Notes under the pieces: model-generated
Told to the model about the DNA's origin: nothing
Seen by the model: the letters and a program-made list of their open reading frames with translations, nothing else
The model's database searches: none
Program-made: the position numbers and the translations under genes
Assembly (NCBI GenBank): GCA_951406725.2
Contig: OX597823.1
Location: 6,882,001 to 6,946,000, forward strand
DNA from: Octopus vulgaris
Taxonomy: Eukaryota
Direction: 5' to 3'
Length of the DNA stretch: 64,000 bases
Part shown: one piece after another, positions 52,865 to 64,000 of the stretch
Position numbering within the stretch: the stretch's first letter is position 1
Layout: each line of letters begins with the position of its first letter

Positions 52865-53327
52865 AAAGTACGCAAACACGAACACACAAACACATGAATA
52901 TGCAGAATACATACATACAAACGTACACATATACATATATACATATGCACACACACATACACAAACATACGTGCCTACACACTTACATGCATGCATGCAT
53001 GTGTATGTGCATGTACGTGCGCACAAACAAGCAAAAAGAATGCAGCTCGGATAACGGACTGTCAACGACTATTGAAAAAGTTGCAAGAGGCAACAAAAGT
53101 TTTAGGAGAAATAAATAAGAAAATGAATGGAAACTTTACTGGTGAGTGTGTTAAATAATAAGGCACTAAAAGAGAATTACTCCCCAGACACAACAAAATA
53201 TGCTTCAACATACAAACTCATATAAAGAATCTTACAAACCAAGTCCCAAAATGAAATGTATATATATATATATATATCTATATATATATATATATGTGTA
53301 TAAGGGTGAAAAGGAACACACGAGTTG

Positions 53328-53770
53328 ATATATATGAAAAAACAAGTCAAAAATAGAAAATGCTAAAATAATTTTATAGTGAACATTTCAGTACCGGTTT
53401 CGGTCATTTTGAGACCTTTTCAACTGTAACGATTAAATAATTAAATTTAGAAAAATTAGAAGAAAAGTTTTTTTAAAGGAATATTTCTATAGTAGTGTTC
53501 AGATATAAGTGGCATTCTGCCTTTCTCTGATTCCCTTGTTTGCACAACGACCTCCAACACACAAGTGCAAACAAGGGAGTCAGAGAAAGGCAGAATGCGA
53601 CTTATATCTGAACACTACTATAGAAATATTCCTTTAAAAAAACTTTTCTTCTAATTTTTCTAAATTTAATTATTTAATCGTTACAGTTGAAAAGGTCTCA
53701 AAATGACCGAAACCGGTACTGAAATGTTCACTATAAAATTATTTTAGCATTTTCTATTTTTGACTTGTTT

Positions 53771-53782
<12 letters not shown>
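53328..53782. repeat. Inverted repeat, 218-bp arms, 19-nt loop, (TA)n on both sides
   Basis: 53328-53545 versus 53565-53782, two mismatches seen; contains ggtc/gacc stem followed by gaaaccggta. Confidence 0.97.
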
Positions 53783-53817
<35 letters not shown>

Positions 53818-54260
53818 TATCATCATCATTGTTTAATGCCTGTTTTCCATGCTGAAATGAGCTGGATGGTTCCACAAGAACAGGAAGTCAGAAGACTGTA
53901 CCAATCCCTGCTGTCTACTTTGACATGGTTTATATATATATATACATATACAAAAAATTCAGGGTGGATACTTGTAATGAATGTCTTTGGTGTGGTAATT
54001 GTACGCGGCTGAAGAAGGCTGTTAACCTACATGTTATATCAATTATGCATTGATATAAATTGCTCGATAAAGCCAGAAACATATGTACCGCAAAACCCTT
54101 TGCATCCTGTTTTTCTTTTGATAAATATATATATATATATATATATGTATATGTGTGTGTGTGTATGTATGTAGATAAGTATATATAGGAATATATACAT
54201 ATAAATATATGTATATAGATATGTATGTATATGTGTGAGTATATATATATGTATGTATAT

Positions 54261-54292
<32 letters not shown>

Positions 54293-54403
54293 GCATATAT
54301 GTATATATGTATGTATATGCATATATGTGTGTGTGTGTGTATATATATATATATGTGTGTGTATATATATGTGTATATATATATGTGTGTATGTATATTT
54401 TTG

Positions 54404-54475
<72 letters not shown>

Positions 54476-55049
54476 CTCATCAACATAATTTGATATCTGA
54501 TATCCATGCTGGCATGGGTTGGGTGGTGTGACCAGAGCTGGCAAGTGAGGGCCCCGCACCAGACTCCAGTCTGATTTGGCAAGGTTTCTACACCTGGATA
54601 CTCTTTCTAACACCACCCACTTTAGTGGGTGGATGCTTTTATGTGGCACCACACAGGTGCTTTTACGTGACACTGTGTGGGTGCTTTTATGTGCCACTGC
54701 ATAGATGCTTTTATAAGACCTCACACAGGTGCTTTTATGTGTTGCTATATGGGCACTTTTACGTGTCACTGCATGGGCACTTTTTTGTGGTACCACCATG
54801 AGTGCTTTACACAACCCAAAGGATCGGTCTTGACACTTCTGTTGTGGAGTACCTATTAGTTTGGGTTACCTTGACCTAAGCTCCTCATAACTTCTGAATA
54901 ATCATACATATATACACACACACACACACACCACACACACTCAAAATTCTGCTATAGCTGCACAAAAACACGTGCCATTTAATCACTAAATAATAATTCC
55001 ACTGCACACACCACTCTGAACAAAGATGCAGGTGCATAAAAGCTAGGAT

Positions 55050-55320
55050 ATTCCCACTTCATAGAGATTGCTTATAATCTATCACAGTCAATAAAGCAAC
55101 AGTTTCACAGGAAGGACAAGCAGAAAAAAAATCCCTATATTGGTACTACTAGCCAAACCCTTAAAGACAGATACATGCACGTTCTGAACATTACACAACC
55201 TCCCTGTCCAAAAGACCTCTGGGACTTGAAACAAAATAACTACAGGTACAAAATGGGAAGTTATAGTCCACGATCAAATGTAATTTGCTCTGATTATGTC
55301 ACAATGGAAACAATAAAAAT
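55050..55320 (+). mobile_element. Penelope-like GIY-YIG remnant
   Basis: PYIGTTSQTLKDRYMH at ~55133-55180. Confidence 0.5.
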
Positions 55321-55322
55321 CA

Positions 55323-55383
<61 letters not shown>

Positions 55384-55544
55384 GCTGCATATATTTATGT
55401 GTATATGCGGAGTACATGTGCATGTGTTTGTATAATGCATATATGGCTGTATGTACCTATGTGTATAATACATACTTAGGTATGTATATGTATAACCAAA
55501 ATCGAAGTCGATCAACATCAATGGAAATTGCAGCTGTGATACCA

Positions 55545-55854
55545 GTGCCGGTGACAAGTAAGCGAACCATCCGATCGTGGCCGCTGCCAGCGCCGCCCCG
55601 ACTGGCCTCCGTGCCGGTGGCACGTAAAAAGCACCATCCGTCCGTGGCCGTTTGCCAGCTCCGTCTGGCACCTGTGCGGGTGGCATGTAAAAAGCACCCA
55701 CTACACTCACGGAGTGGTTGGCGTTAGGAAGGGCATCCAGCCGTAGAAACACTGCCAGATCAGACTGGGCCTGATGCAGCCTTCTGGGATCACAGACCCC
55801 AGTTGAACCGCCCAACCCATGCTAGCATGGAGAACGGACGTTAAACGATGATGA

Positions 55855-55857
<3 letters not shown>
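55545..55857 (+). mobile_element. RTE LINE 3' UTR fragment
   Basis: Same family as 25790-26226; another copy at 57010-57250. Confidence 0.85.
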
Positions 55858-55895
<38 letters not shown>

Positions 55896-56129
55896 TATAT
55901 ACATATGTAAGCGTACATACTTATATGTATACGTATACACATATATGCATATGTGGGCACAGGATATAACAAAACGTAAATAAAAAGAAATATGAAGTAT
56001 GCAACCATGGAATATGAACTTTTTTTTGTGAACAACAAAAGAAACAAATGGAAAATGAGACAAACGACACAAAGAACAACCCTTCATCAGCTGCTGGCTG
56101 TTTTTCTAATCCGTATTTCGAGCAATATA

Positions 56130-56183
<54 letters not shown>

Positions 56184-56216
56184 TATATATATATATATAT
56201 AAAAAAAAAAAAAAAA

Positions 56217-56311
<95 letters not shown>

Positions 56312-56359
56312 AGGAGTTCGATGCTGCCGATATATATCGGACTCCAACAAGAGATCATA

Positions 56360-56407
<48 letters not shown>

Positions 56408-56419
56408 ATATATATATAA

Positions 56420-56555
<136 letters not shown>

Positions 56556-56566
56556 ATATATATATA

Positions 56567-56934
56567 AATGCCAGAACTGGGCGCCACTGCGTGGTACCAA
56601 GGACTCCAAATTTGCCATCAAGATGTAGGACAAGATACTGTGATAGCCTGGGCTTCAGAGGCCCACAGCTCTTCAAAATCCTCCTGAAGAACCTGAGGGA
56701 CTTGCATGGGGTGGATGCGGATGTCTTTAAAGTAGGACTGGATCTCTTCCTGTCAGGTGTCCCGGATGAACCAACTTCACAGCAGGAGGTGCAGATGAGG
56801 GCAGCTGCATCAAACTCTCTCATGCACCAAATGGCAGTTGCTAAAAAGCATTCGTGAAGTAAAATCATGTAGCAACACCAAATAGCGGTGCCCCAGCATG
56901 GCCACAGCTCGTGAGCTGAAACTAGATAAAATAA

Positions 56935-56940
<6 letters not shown>
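56567..56940 (+). mobile_element. CR1-type LINE 3' end inserted in (TA)n
   Basis: ORF 56591..56857 is homologous to 43155..43421. Confidence 0.9.
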
Positions 56941-56996
<56 letters not shown>

Positions 56997-57320
56997 CAAA
57001 AAAAAAAAAAAAGCACCAACTGATCGTGGCCGATGCCAGACCCCTCTGGCACGTGTGCAGGTGGCACGTAAAAAGCACCCACTACACTCGTGGAGTGGTT
57101 GGCGTTAGGAAGGGCATCCAGCTGTAGAAACACTGCCAGATCAAACTGGAGCCTGGAGCAGCCCCTGGCTCCCCAGACCCCGGTCGAACCGTCCAACCCG
57201 TGCTAGCGCGGAAAACGGACGTTAAACGACGACGATGATGATGATGATGATATATATACACACACACACACACGCACACACATATATATGTATGTATATA
57301 TGTTTGTGTGTATATATACA

Positions 57321-57716
57321 CTAGCAGTATCGCCCGGCGTTGCTCAGGTTTGTAAGGGAAATAACTATAAAGCATTTTTAGAGAGTTATAGCCAAAAAAT
57401 AGCAAAAAAATGGGAAAAAAATGGAAAACAAATGATGGTAAATTTTTTTTGAGAGTTAAAAAAGGTGGAGTTGCGTCCCCTAGACGGTCTGTGGTTTGGG
57501 TTTCTGATTCTCGACCCTATGTCGAATTTATCGATTTTTTTCAGAACTGGGGGAACTTTTCAAAATTTTCGCTGCGTTAGTTTTGAATTATGACATTGGG
57601 CTATGTGTGTGTCAAGTTTCATCAGAATCGGTTGAAAGCCGTGGTCAGGGTGAGAGTACGAGAAAACAGACACACAGAAACACACACAGACAAACTGCCG
57701 TTTATATATAGAGAGA
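57321..57716 (-). mobile_element. Non-autonomous Helitron
   Basis: CTAG plus hairpin end shared with 14390-14778, different 5' half ending tatatagagaga|t. Confidence 0.8.
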
Positions 57717-58162
57717 TATAAGAAGGCCTGTACTCCAGAGCAGAAGTGTTAAGGTCGCTTCCCCTGGTGAAAAGGGTTGGCCTGCAAGAATCTTGTGCTG
57801 GCACCACGTAAAAGAACAGTCATGCTAGTGTCACATAAAGGCACTCATGCACGCACTGTAAAGTGGTTGGTGTTATGAAGGACATCCAGCTGCGGAAACC
57901 ATGTCAGATCAGACTGGAATCTGATGCAGATCTCTAGCTTGCATCTCTGGCCAAACTGTCCAACCATGCCAGTATGGAAAATAACGATGGAGATGATGAT
58001 ACATTTATGTAATTTTACGTGTATTCATGTGTCTATGTAAGTATATAACCTAGGTATATGTGTATATGACTTGTTTATTTATATGTGTGAAATATGTGTT
58101 ATATGTATGTTTGAGTATGTGTGTGTATATGTGTCTATGACTATGACTAGTATGTGCATATA

Positions 58163-59760
58163 TCAGGTTGAGTAAAAAGAAAGCAACGTTTAGAACCATG
58201 AAGAATTTTTACTGGATTTTTGCAGAGTTTTGAATTTTTAAAAATATTTTTTTGCAGTTGTCTGATAATATAGATATAGACTTACCGAAATGGCATCAAT
58301 AAATTAACATTGATACTGTTTTCACCATTGTTGCAATCATCTGAAATGGAACTGTCAAAGTGTGATATTTGAGCAATTTTGCTATTCAACTTCAAAAAGG
58401 GAGGTGAAATAGCAGAAACTGCTTGCAATCTCAACGAAATGTTTGGTGAGGAAATGATCAATGAGTGGTCAGCTCGAAAATGTTTTAAACGATTTTGCAG
58501 TGGAGACCTGAGCCTTGCAGATTGATCATAGTGGATGCCCATCTGTCATTGATGATGGTCAATTAAAGACTGTCATTGAAAAAGATCCTTGTAAAACCAC
58601 TCGAGAACTGGCTAAAGAACTTCAAGTTAGCCAGAAAACTACTTCCAGCCATCTGCATGTGATTGGAAAATAAAAAAAAGCTCAACAAATGGGTACCACA
58701 TGATTTGAATGAAAATCAGAAAATGCACAGATATGAAATTTGCTTGTTGCTTCTTCTCCATCACCAGACCGATCTATTTTTCAACAGTATTGTAACTTGC
58801 AATGAGACGTGGATTCATCATCATCATCATCATCATTTAGCGTCCGCTTTCCATGCTAGCATGGGTTGGACGGTTCAACTGGGGTCTGTGAAGCCAGAAG
58901 GCTGCATCAGGCCCAGTCTGATCTGGCAGTGTTTCTACGGCTGGATGCCCTTCCTAATGCCAACCACTCTGTGAATGTAGTGGATGCTTTTTACGTGCCA
59001 CCTACACAGGTGCCAGACGGAGCTGGCAAATGGCCATGGACGGATGGTGCTTTTTACGTGCCACCGGCACTGGGGCCAGGCAAGGCTGGCAACGGCCACG
59101 AACGGATGGTGCTTTTTACGTACCACCGGCATGGGGGCCAGGCGAATAATGAAAATAACATTCTTCGCAGTGGTTGGACCAAAATGAAGCACCGAAAACC
59201 TTCCCTAAACCCAAGCTCTTCCAAAACGAAGGTTATGGTGATTGTTTGGTGGTGTACTGATGGACTCATCCAATATAACTTCTTAAAACCTGGTAAAACC
59301 ATTACTGCACAAACATATTGCTATGAAATTGCCAAAATAAACAAAAACTGCTACTTCTCCATCCCAGACTGGTCAACAGAAGAGGGCCAATCATTCTTCA
59401 TGACAATGCTTGACCACACATTTCATTAATGACGTTCCAGAAGTTGAGGGAACTTGGCTACAAAGTTCTTCCCCACCCAGCTTATTCCCCTCCTTCTGTC
59501 TACCACTTTTTCAAGCACCTTGATGCTTTCCTATGAGAAGAGTTCGAATATCCAACTGATGCTGAAAGTGCAGTCAAAGAGTTCATCAACTCCAGAACTC
59601 CAGATTTTTATGTTACCAGAATAAACAAACTTGTAACTCGTTGGCAAAAATGTGTTGATTGTAATGGTACTTACTTTAATGAATAAAATTTCCGCATTGT
59701 TGAAATATATTGTGATGAATATCATGTTTCAAAACGTTGCTTACTTTTTACTCAACCTGA
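58163..59760 (+). mobile_element. Complete mariner element (both TIRs, TA TSD), transposase pseudogene, with nested RTE tail
   Basis: TIRs tcaggttgagtaaaaag(a/t)aagcaacgttt; KWVPHDL (58688-58707), IVTCNETW, KVMVIVWW, HPAYSP; stops and frameshifts; RTE tail at 58815-59143 on the minus strand. Confidence 0.93.
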
Positions 59761-60887
59761 TATATACATACATGTAGGATGTGTGTATGTAGTGTATGTA
59801 TTTATGTGTATATACTTGTGTAATGATATATATATATAATAATTATTTGAAGGAATATTAATCCTAACTTACAGGGAAAAAAATTCAATTTAGAAATACT
59901 AAATCAAATTTCACACAATATAATATATATATATATATATAAAAGTTAGAAAAAAGACACCTTTTATCAATTCAAAATATATATATATATATTTATTTAT
60001 TTCCATATGCATCGCTATATGTATGCATCTATATGCATATTTGTGTGTACATATGTAATGTATGTATGTGTATGTATTTACATATTCACCACCATGAATA
60101 TCAAGAAAAGCAGACACACACACACACACATATATCATCAACATTGTCATCATTTATCATCTTTCCCATGCTGACATGAGTTGGATTATTTGACAGGCAC
60201 TAGCCAATTGTCTGTCTTGGCATCGTTTTTATGGTTGGATGCCCTTCCTAACACCAACCACTTTATAGTGTACTGGGTGTTCTTTACATGGCACTAGCAT
60301 ATGCGTCCTCATATGGCACTGGTATGAATGCATTTTTCATGGTGAGGTGTGTGTGCTTTTGTGCATGCGTATGCATGCACATATATTTGTTGAATGTAAG
60401 GAGAAAAACAAACTCACTGTCAAATACAGGTAATGTTGTATGCTTGCAGGTACCTCCAAGAAAATAAGCCCAAACTTCTTGACATGTCATGCAATATCTG
60501 TGAAGAAAGAAAAAATAGGCTCATAGCTTTGCCTGGGTGTTCATTACTTGATGGATTTGAGGGTTGGTATCTTACTTGGAAATTGGAGAGGCAACCTTCT
60601 GTAGAAATAACTGCCTCTACAAATTCCATCTTCCCCATGCATTGAAAAGTGGATGTTAAAATAAGGATGAGGATGATACACACACACACACACACACACA
60701 CACGTACATATATGCTTATATGGAGAAGCAGATATGTGGTAAGAGGTTTGTTTTCCAACCACATGGTTCCAGGTTCAGTCCTACTGTGTGGCACCTTGGT
60801 CAAGCGTCTTCTACTATAACCATGGGCTGTCCAAAGCCTTGTGAGTGGATTCAGTAGACAGAAACTGAAAGAAGCCCATCGTATATA

Positions 60888-62130
60888 TCATCATCATCAT
60901 CATCGTTTAACATCTGCTTTCCATGCTGGCATGGGTTGGAGGATTTGACTGAGGGCTGGCGAACCAGAAGGCTGCACCAGTCTCCAATCTGATCTGGCAA
61001 AATTTCTACAGCTGGATGCCCTTCCTAACACCAACCACTCCATGGGTGTAGTGGTGCTTTTTTACATGCCACCTGCACAGGAGCCAGTCAGGTAGTACTG
61101 GCATTGGTCATGATTCAAATGGTGCTTTTTACATGCCACTTACACAGGAGCCAGTTCGGCGGCACTGGAGCAATGACCATGCTCGAATGTTGCTTTTTTT
61201 TATATGCTACTGGCATGGGAGCCAGTCAGCGGCCCTGGTAACGATCACACTTGAATGGTACTTTTAACGTTCTACTGGCATGGGTGCCAATCAGGTGGTA
61301 CTGTCATCAGCCACGACAGTGATTTCACTTGCCTCAGCAGGTCTTTGCAAGCATAGTTTATTGTCCAATGATTGAAGGGTTCTCTTAAATGGGCTGGTTA
61401 TACAGCACTGGCATAGGCCACGGTTATGGTCTCACATGGCTTGTCAGGTCTTCTGAAGCACAGCATATCTTCAAAAGTCTTGGTCACTTGTCATTGCCTC
61501 AGTTAGGCCCAATGTTCGAAGGTCGTGCTTCACCACATTATCCCAGGTCTTCCTGGGTCTTCCTCTTCCGCAGATTCCTTCAACTGATAGAGTGTGACAC
61601 TCTTTCACGCAGCTGTCCTCATCCATTCTTGCCACATGACCATACCAGCACAGTCGTCTCTCCTGCACACCACATCTGATGCTTCTTAGGTTCAACTTTT
61701 CTATCAAGGCACTTACACTCTGTCATGTATGCACAATGACATTACACATCCAGCAGAGCATACTGGCTTCATTCCTTGCAGGCTTACACATGTCCACGGC
61801 AGTCACAGCCCATGTTTCACTGCCATGTAGCATAGCCGTTTGCACACATGCATCATACACTCTACCTTTTACTCTGAGCGGAGGTAAGAGCTCTTTGAAC
61901 TTTGCCCAGGCTATCCTTACTTTAGCAGCTACACTTTCAGAGCATCCACACCTGCTACTGACTTGGTCACTTAGGTAATGGAAGCTATCAACCATTTGTA
62001 GTTTTTCCCCCTGGAATGTAACAGAAGCTGTTCTCTGCACATTTTCAGTGTTTATTGCTCCTGAGCATTTGCCACACACAAGAACTATCTTCCCAGTTAG
62101 CCTTCCTTTGATATTGCTGCACCTTGATAG
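60888..62130 (-). mobile_element. RTE LINE 3' part with ORF end, repeat-rich 3' UTR and (GAT)n tail
   Basis: KVRIAWAKFKELLP...YDACVQTAMLHGSETWA...RRLCWYGHVARMD...GRGRPRKTW. Confidence 0.9.
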
Positions 62131-62399
62131 CATACACACACACACACACACACACATGAATAATAATAATAATGATAATAATAATAATAATAATGATAAT
62201 AATAATAATAATAATATTGGGTCGTCCATAAATAATGTGATTTTTTTTTTATTTGCAACGAACAAAAAGTCGGAGGAGGACAAGATAAACTATCTGCATA
62301 AACTTGCAATAAAAGCAGGTAGTAATTTTACCTTGTACTTATTCTTAATGCAAATTTTGAAGAGTGCAGTTAAATATGTGTATATATCTATGTGTGTGT

Positions 62400-62640
62400 G
62401 TGTGTGTGTGTGTCTGTGTGTGTGTCTGTGTGTGTGTGTCCCCCCCCAAATCGCGTGACAACTGACGTTAGTGTGTTTACATCCCTGTAACTTAGTGATT
62501 TGGCAAAAGAGACTGATAGAATAAGTACTAGGCTTACAAAGAATAAGTCCTGGGGGGTCAATTTTTTCAACTAAAAGATCCTTTAAAGCAGTGCTCCAGC
62601 ATGGCCACAGTCAAACGACTGAAACAAGTAAAAGAATGAA
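62400..62640 (+). mobile_element. Composite CORE-type SINE tail
   Basis: Matches 5750-5960 (ggcaaaagagactgatagaataagt...ccagcatggccacagtc). Confidence 0.8.
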
Positions 62641-63296
62641 GAATAGATAGATAGACAGACAGACAGACGGACATACACACTCACGCACATGTAAACATCT
62701 TACTGAGAAATATTTGTAGATTTTTTCCTTTTTTAAATTTCCGTTCTTTCACTAAGCAGCAAGTTTCAAGAGGTGTTGGTGGTTTGGTTGATGCTTAAAT
62801 GAAATCTGATAACATTTATGGGAATGTTATGTATTTCATCTGGAAATGAGTCATTATTTCTATCATTCTCTTATTGACTTAAATCATATTCTGTTTGTAT
62901 TTAGACCAATTATTTATAAATAAATACCCACAATATTCATAGCCTTACCAACTTCTTTACATAATTCATATTTGAAAAAATACTATTGTTTTTCTCTTCT
63001 TTTTAATATTATGTTTTTTTTTTTTTCATTTACAGCTTTTATAAAAAATATCTTTCATTTAATATGCAATGACATGTATTCTAATTTGGTCTGCGTTCAT
63101 TAAATTTTCTCTTTATTTTTTTTCTTTATAATTATTACTTGCAATCACAGTGATGAATCCAGGATCTTTTCTATCTCTTTACAAGAGCATTTCTATCTTA
63201 CATTTTATTGAGAGAATTTCTTTTGGGCTGGACAGTGTGGCAGTTACCAATGTTTCTTGTCATTGACATTTTGGTTGCCCATCCTTTATTTTGTAG

Positions 63297-63346
63297 ATAA
63301 CGTGGATGACATATGGTGTGGCATCCAAGAGTTCTTAGACTTCTAG
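63297..63346 (+). CDS. Candidate terminal coding exon (DNVDDIWCGIQEFLDF-stop)
   Basis: cctttattttgtag acceptor; phase 1 matches the G left by exon 49594-49780; followed by ~650 bp of repeat-free UTR-like sequence. Confidence 0.5.
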
Positions 63347-64000
63347 AACTGGTATTAGTGTGTGTCATGTAAACAACTTCAATGGATTAATTTTAGGAAG
63401 ATTAGACTTCTGAAGTAAATGGATTTGCCGATCTGCTTCCGTTGCATTTTTTTTTTCTTAATATTTTTGATTTCAGCCTCATCTCAATAATGCACCTAGA
63501 GTTTGGTGATCTGCATTAAAGAAGTCCCAGTATTTATTTGTGAGCAAGAAAAATGTATTTGCAGGATAATTATCTCAATGTGGGATTTTAAGATAAGATG
63601 AGGTGGTGGAACTCTTTTCTGCAACACTGGCAGACTTTTGTGTAGTGGTTTGATTGTCTGTGTTCTATAACTGCATTTTTGAATAGGATTTAAAACCTTT
63701 GTTTTATGTGTATAAAAATAGGAGCTATAAATGGTAAATCCTTGCTAATGTTGTGAAAATTGAAGTGAGATCAGAATGAATGGAGCAGTTTTTTATTTGT
63801 TTGGGAAAAAAAAAATGGTTAACATAACTGTCAAAATAAGAAATAATTTTTATACATATCACGTGATCAACTTTGTATATATTCCTGTTACTCTTTATCA
63901 AATTATTATTTTAACCAACAATTTCTAGATACATTATATTGGATATGTCATAATGTCAGCTTCTTGCTTCTGAATGTATAAATGACAGTAAATTAGCTAA

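Noticed and set aside
58345-59685. Active or domesticated mariner transposase
   Set aside because: Early stop (MELSKCDI*), frameshifts, catalytic D replaced (CNETW) and an RTE insertion

Overview
AT-rich, microsatellite-saturated eukaryotic DNA, most likely from an octopus or other coleoid cephalopod. This is inferred from the SINE repertoire, the (TA)n/(CA)n density and TTAGGG repeats; no database search was run. Almost all ORFs in the supplied track are translations of microsatellites or decayed transposons. The window reads as intronic and 3' sequence of a plus-strand host gene: one well-supported internal exon (49594-49780) and a frame-compatible candidate terminal exon (63297-63346). The rest is mobile-element debris: three mariner copies (plus two local partial duplicates), CR1-type and RTE-type LINE pieces, several tRNA-derived SINE families, short Helitrons, a TIR element carrying telomeric repeats, and Penelope-like (GIY-YIG) remnants. 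The most unusual property is the density of local fold-back palindromes: about 17 inverted repeats with 20-710 bp arms, mostly next to (TA)n tracts, several carrying hammerhead-ribozyme-like motifs. A 28S rRNA fragment is also embedded in the endonuclease region of a CR1 LINE.
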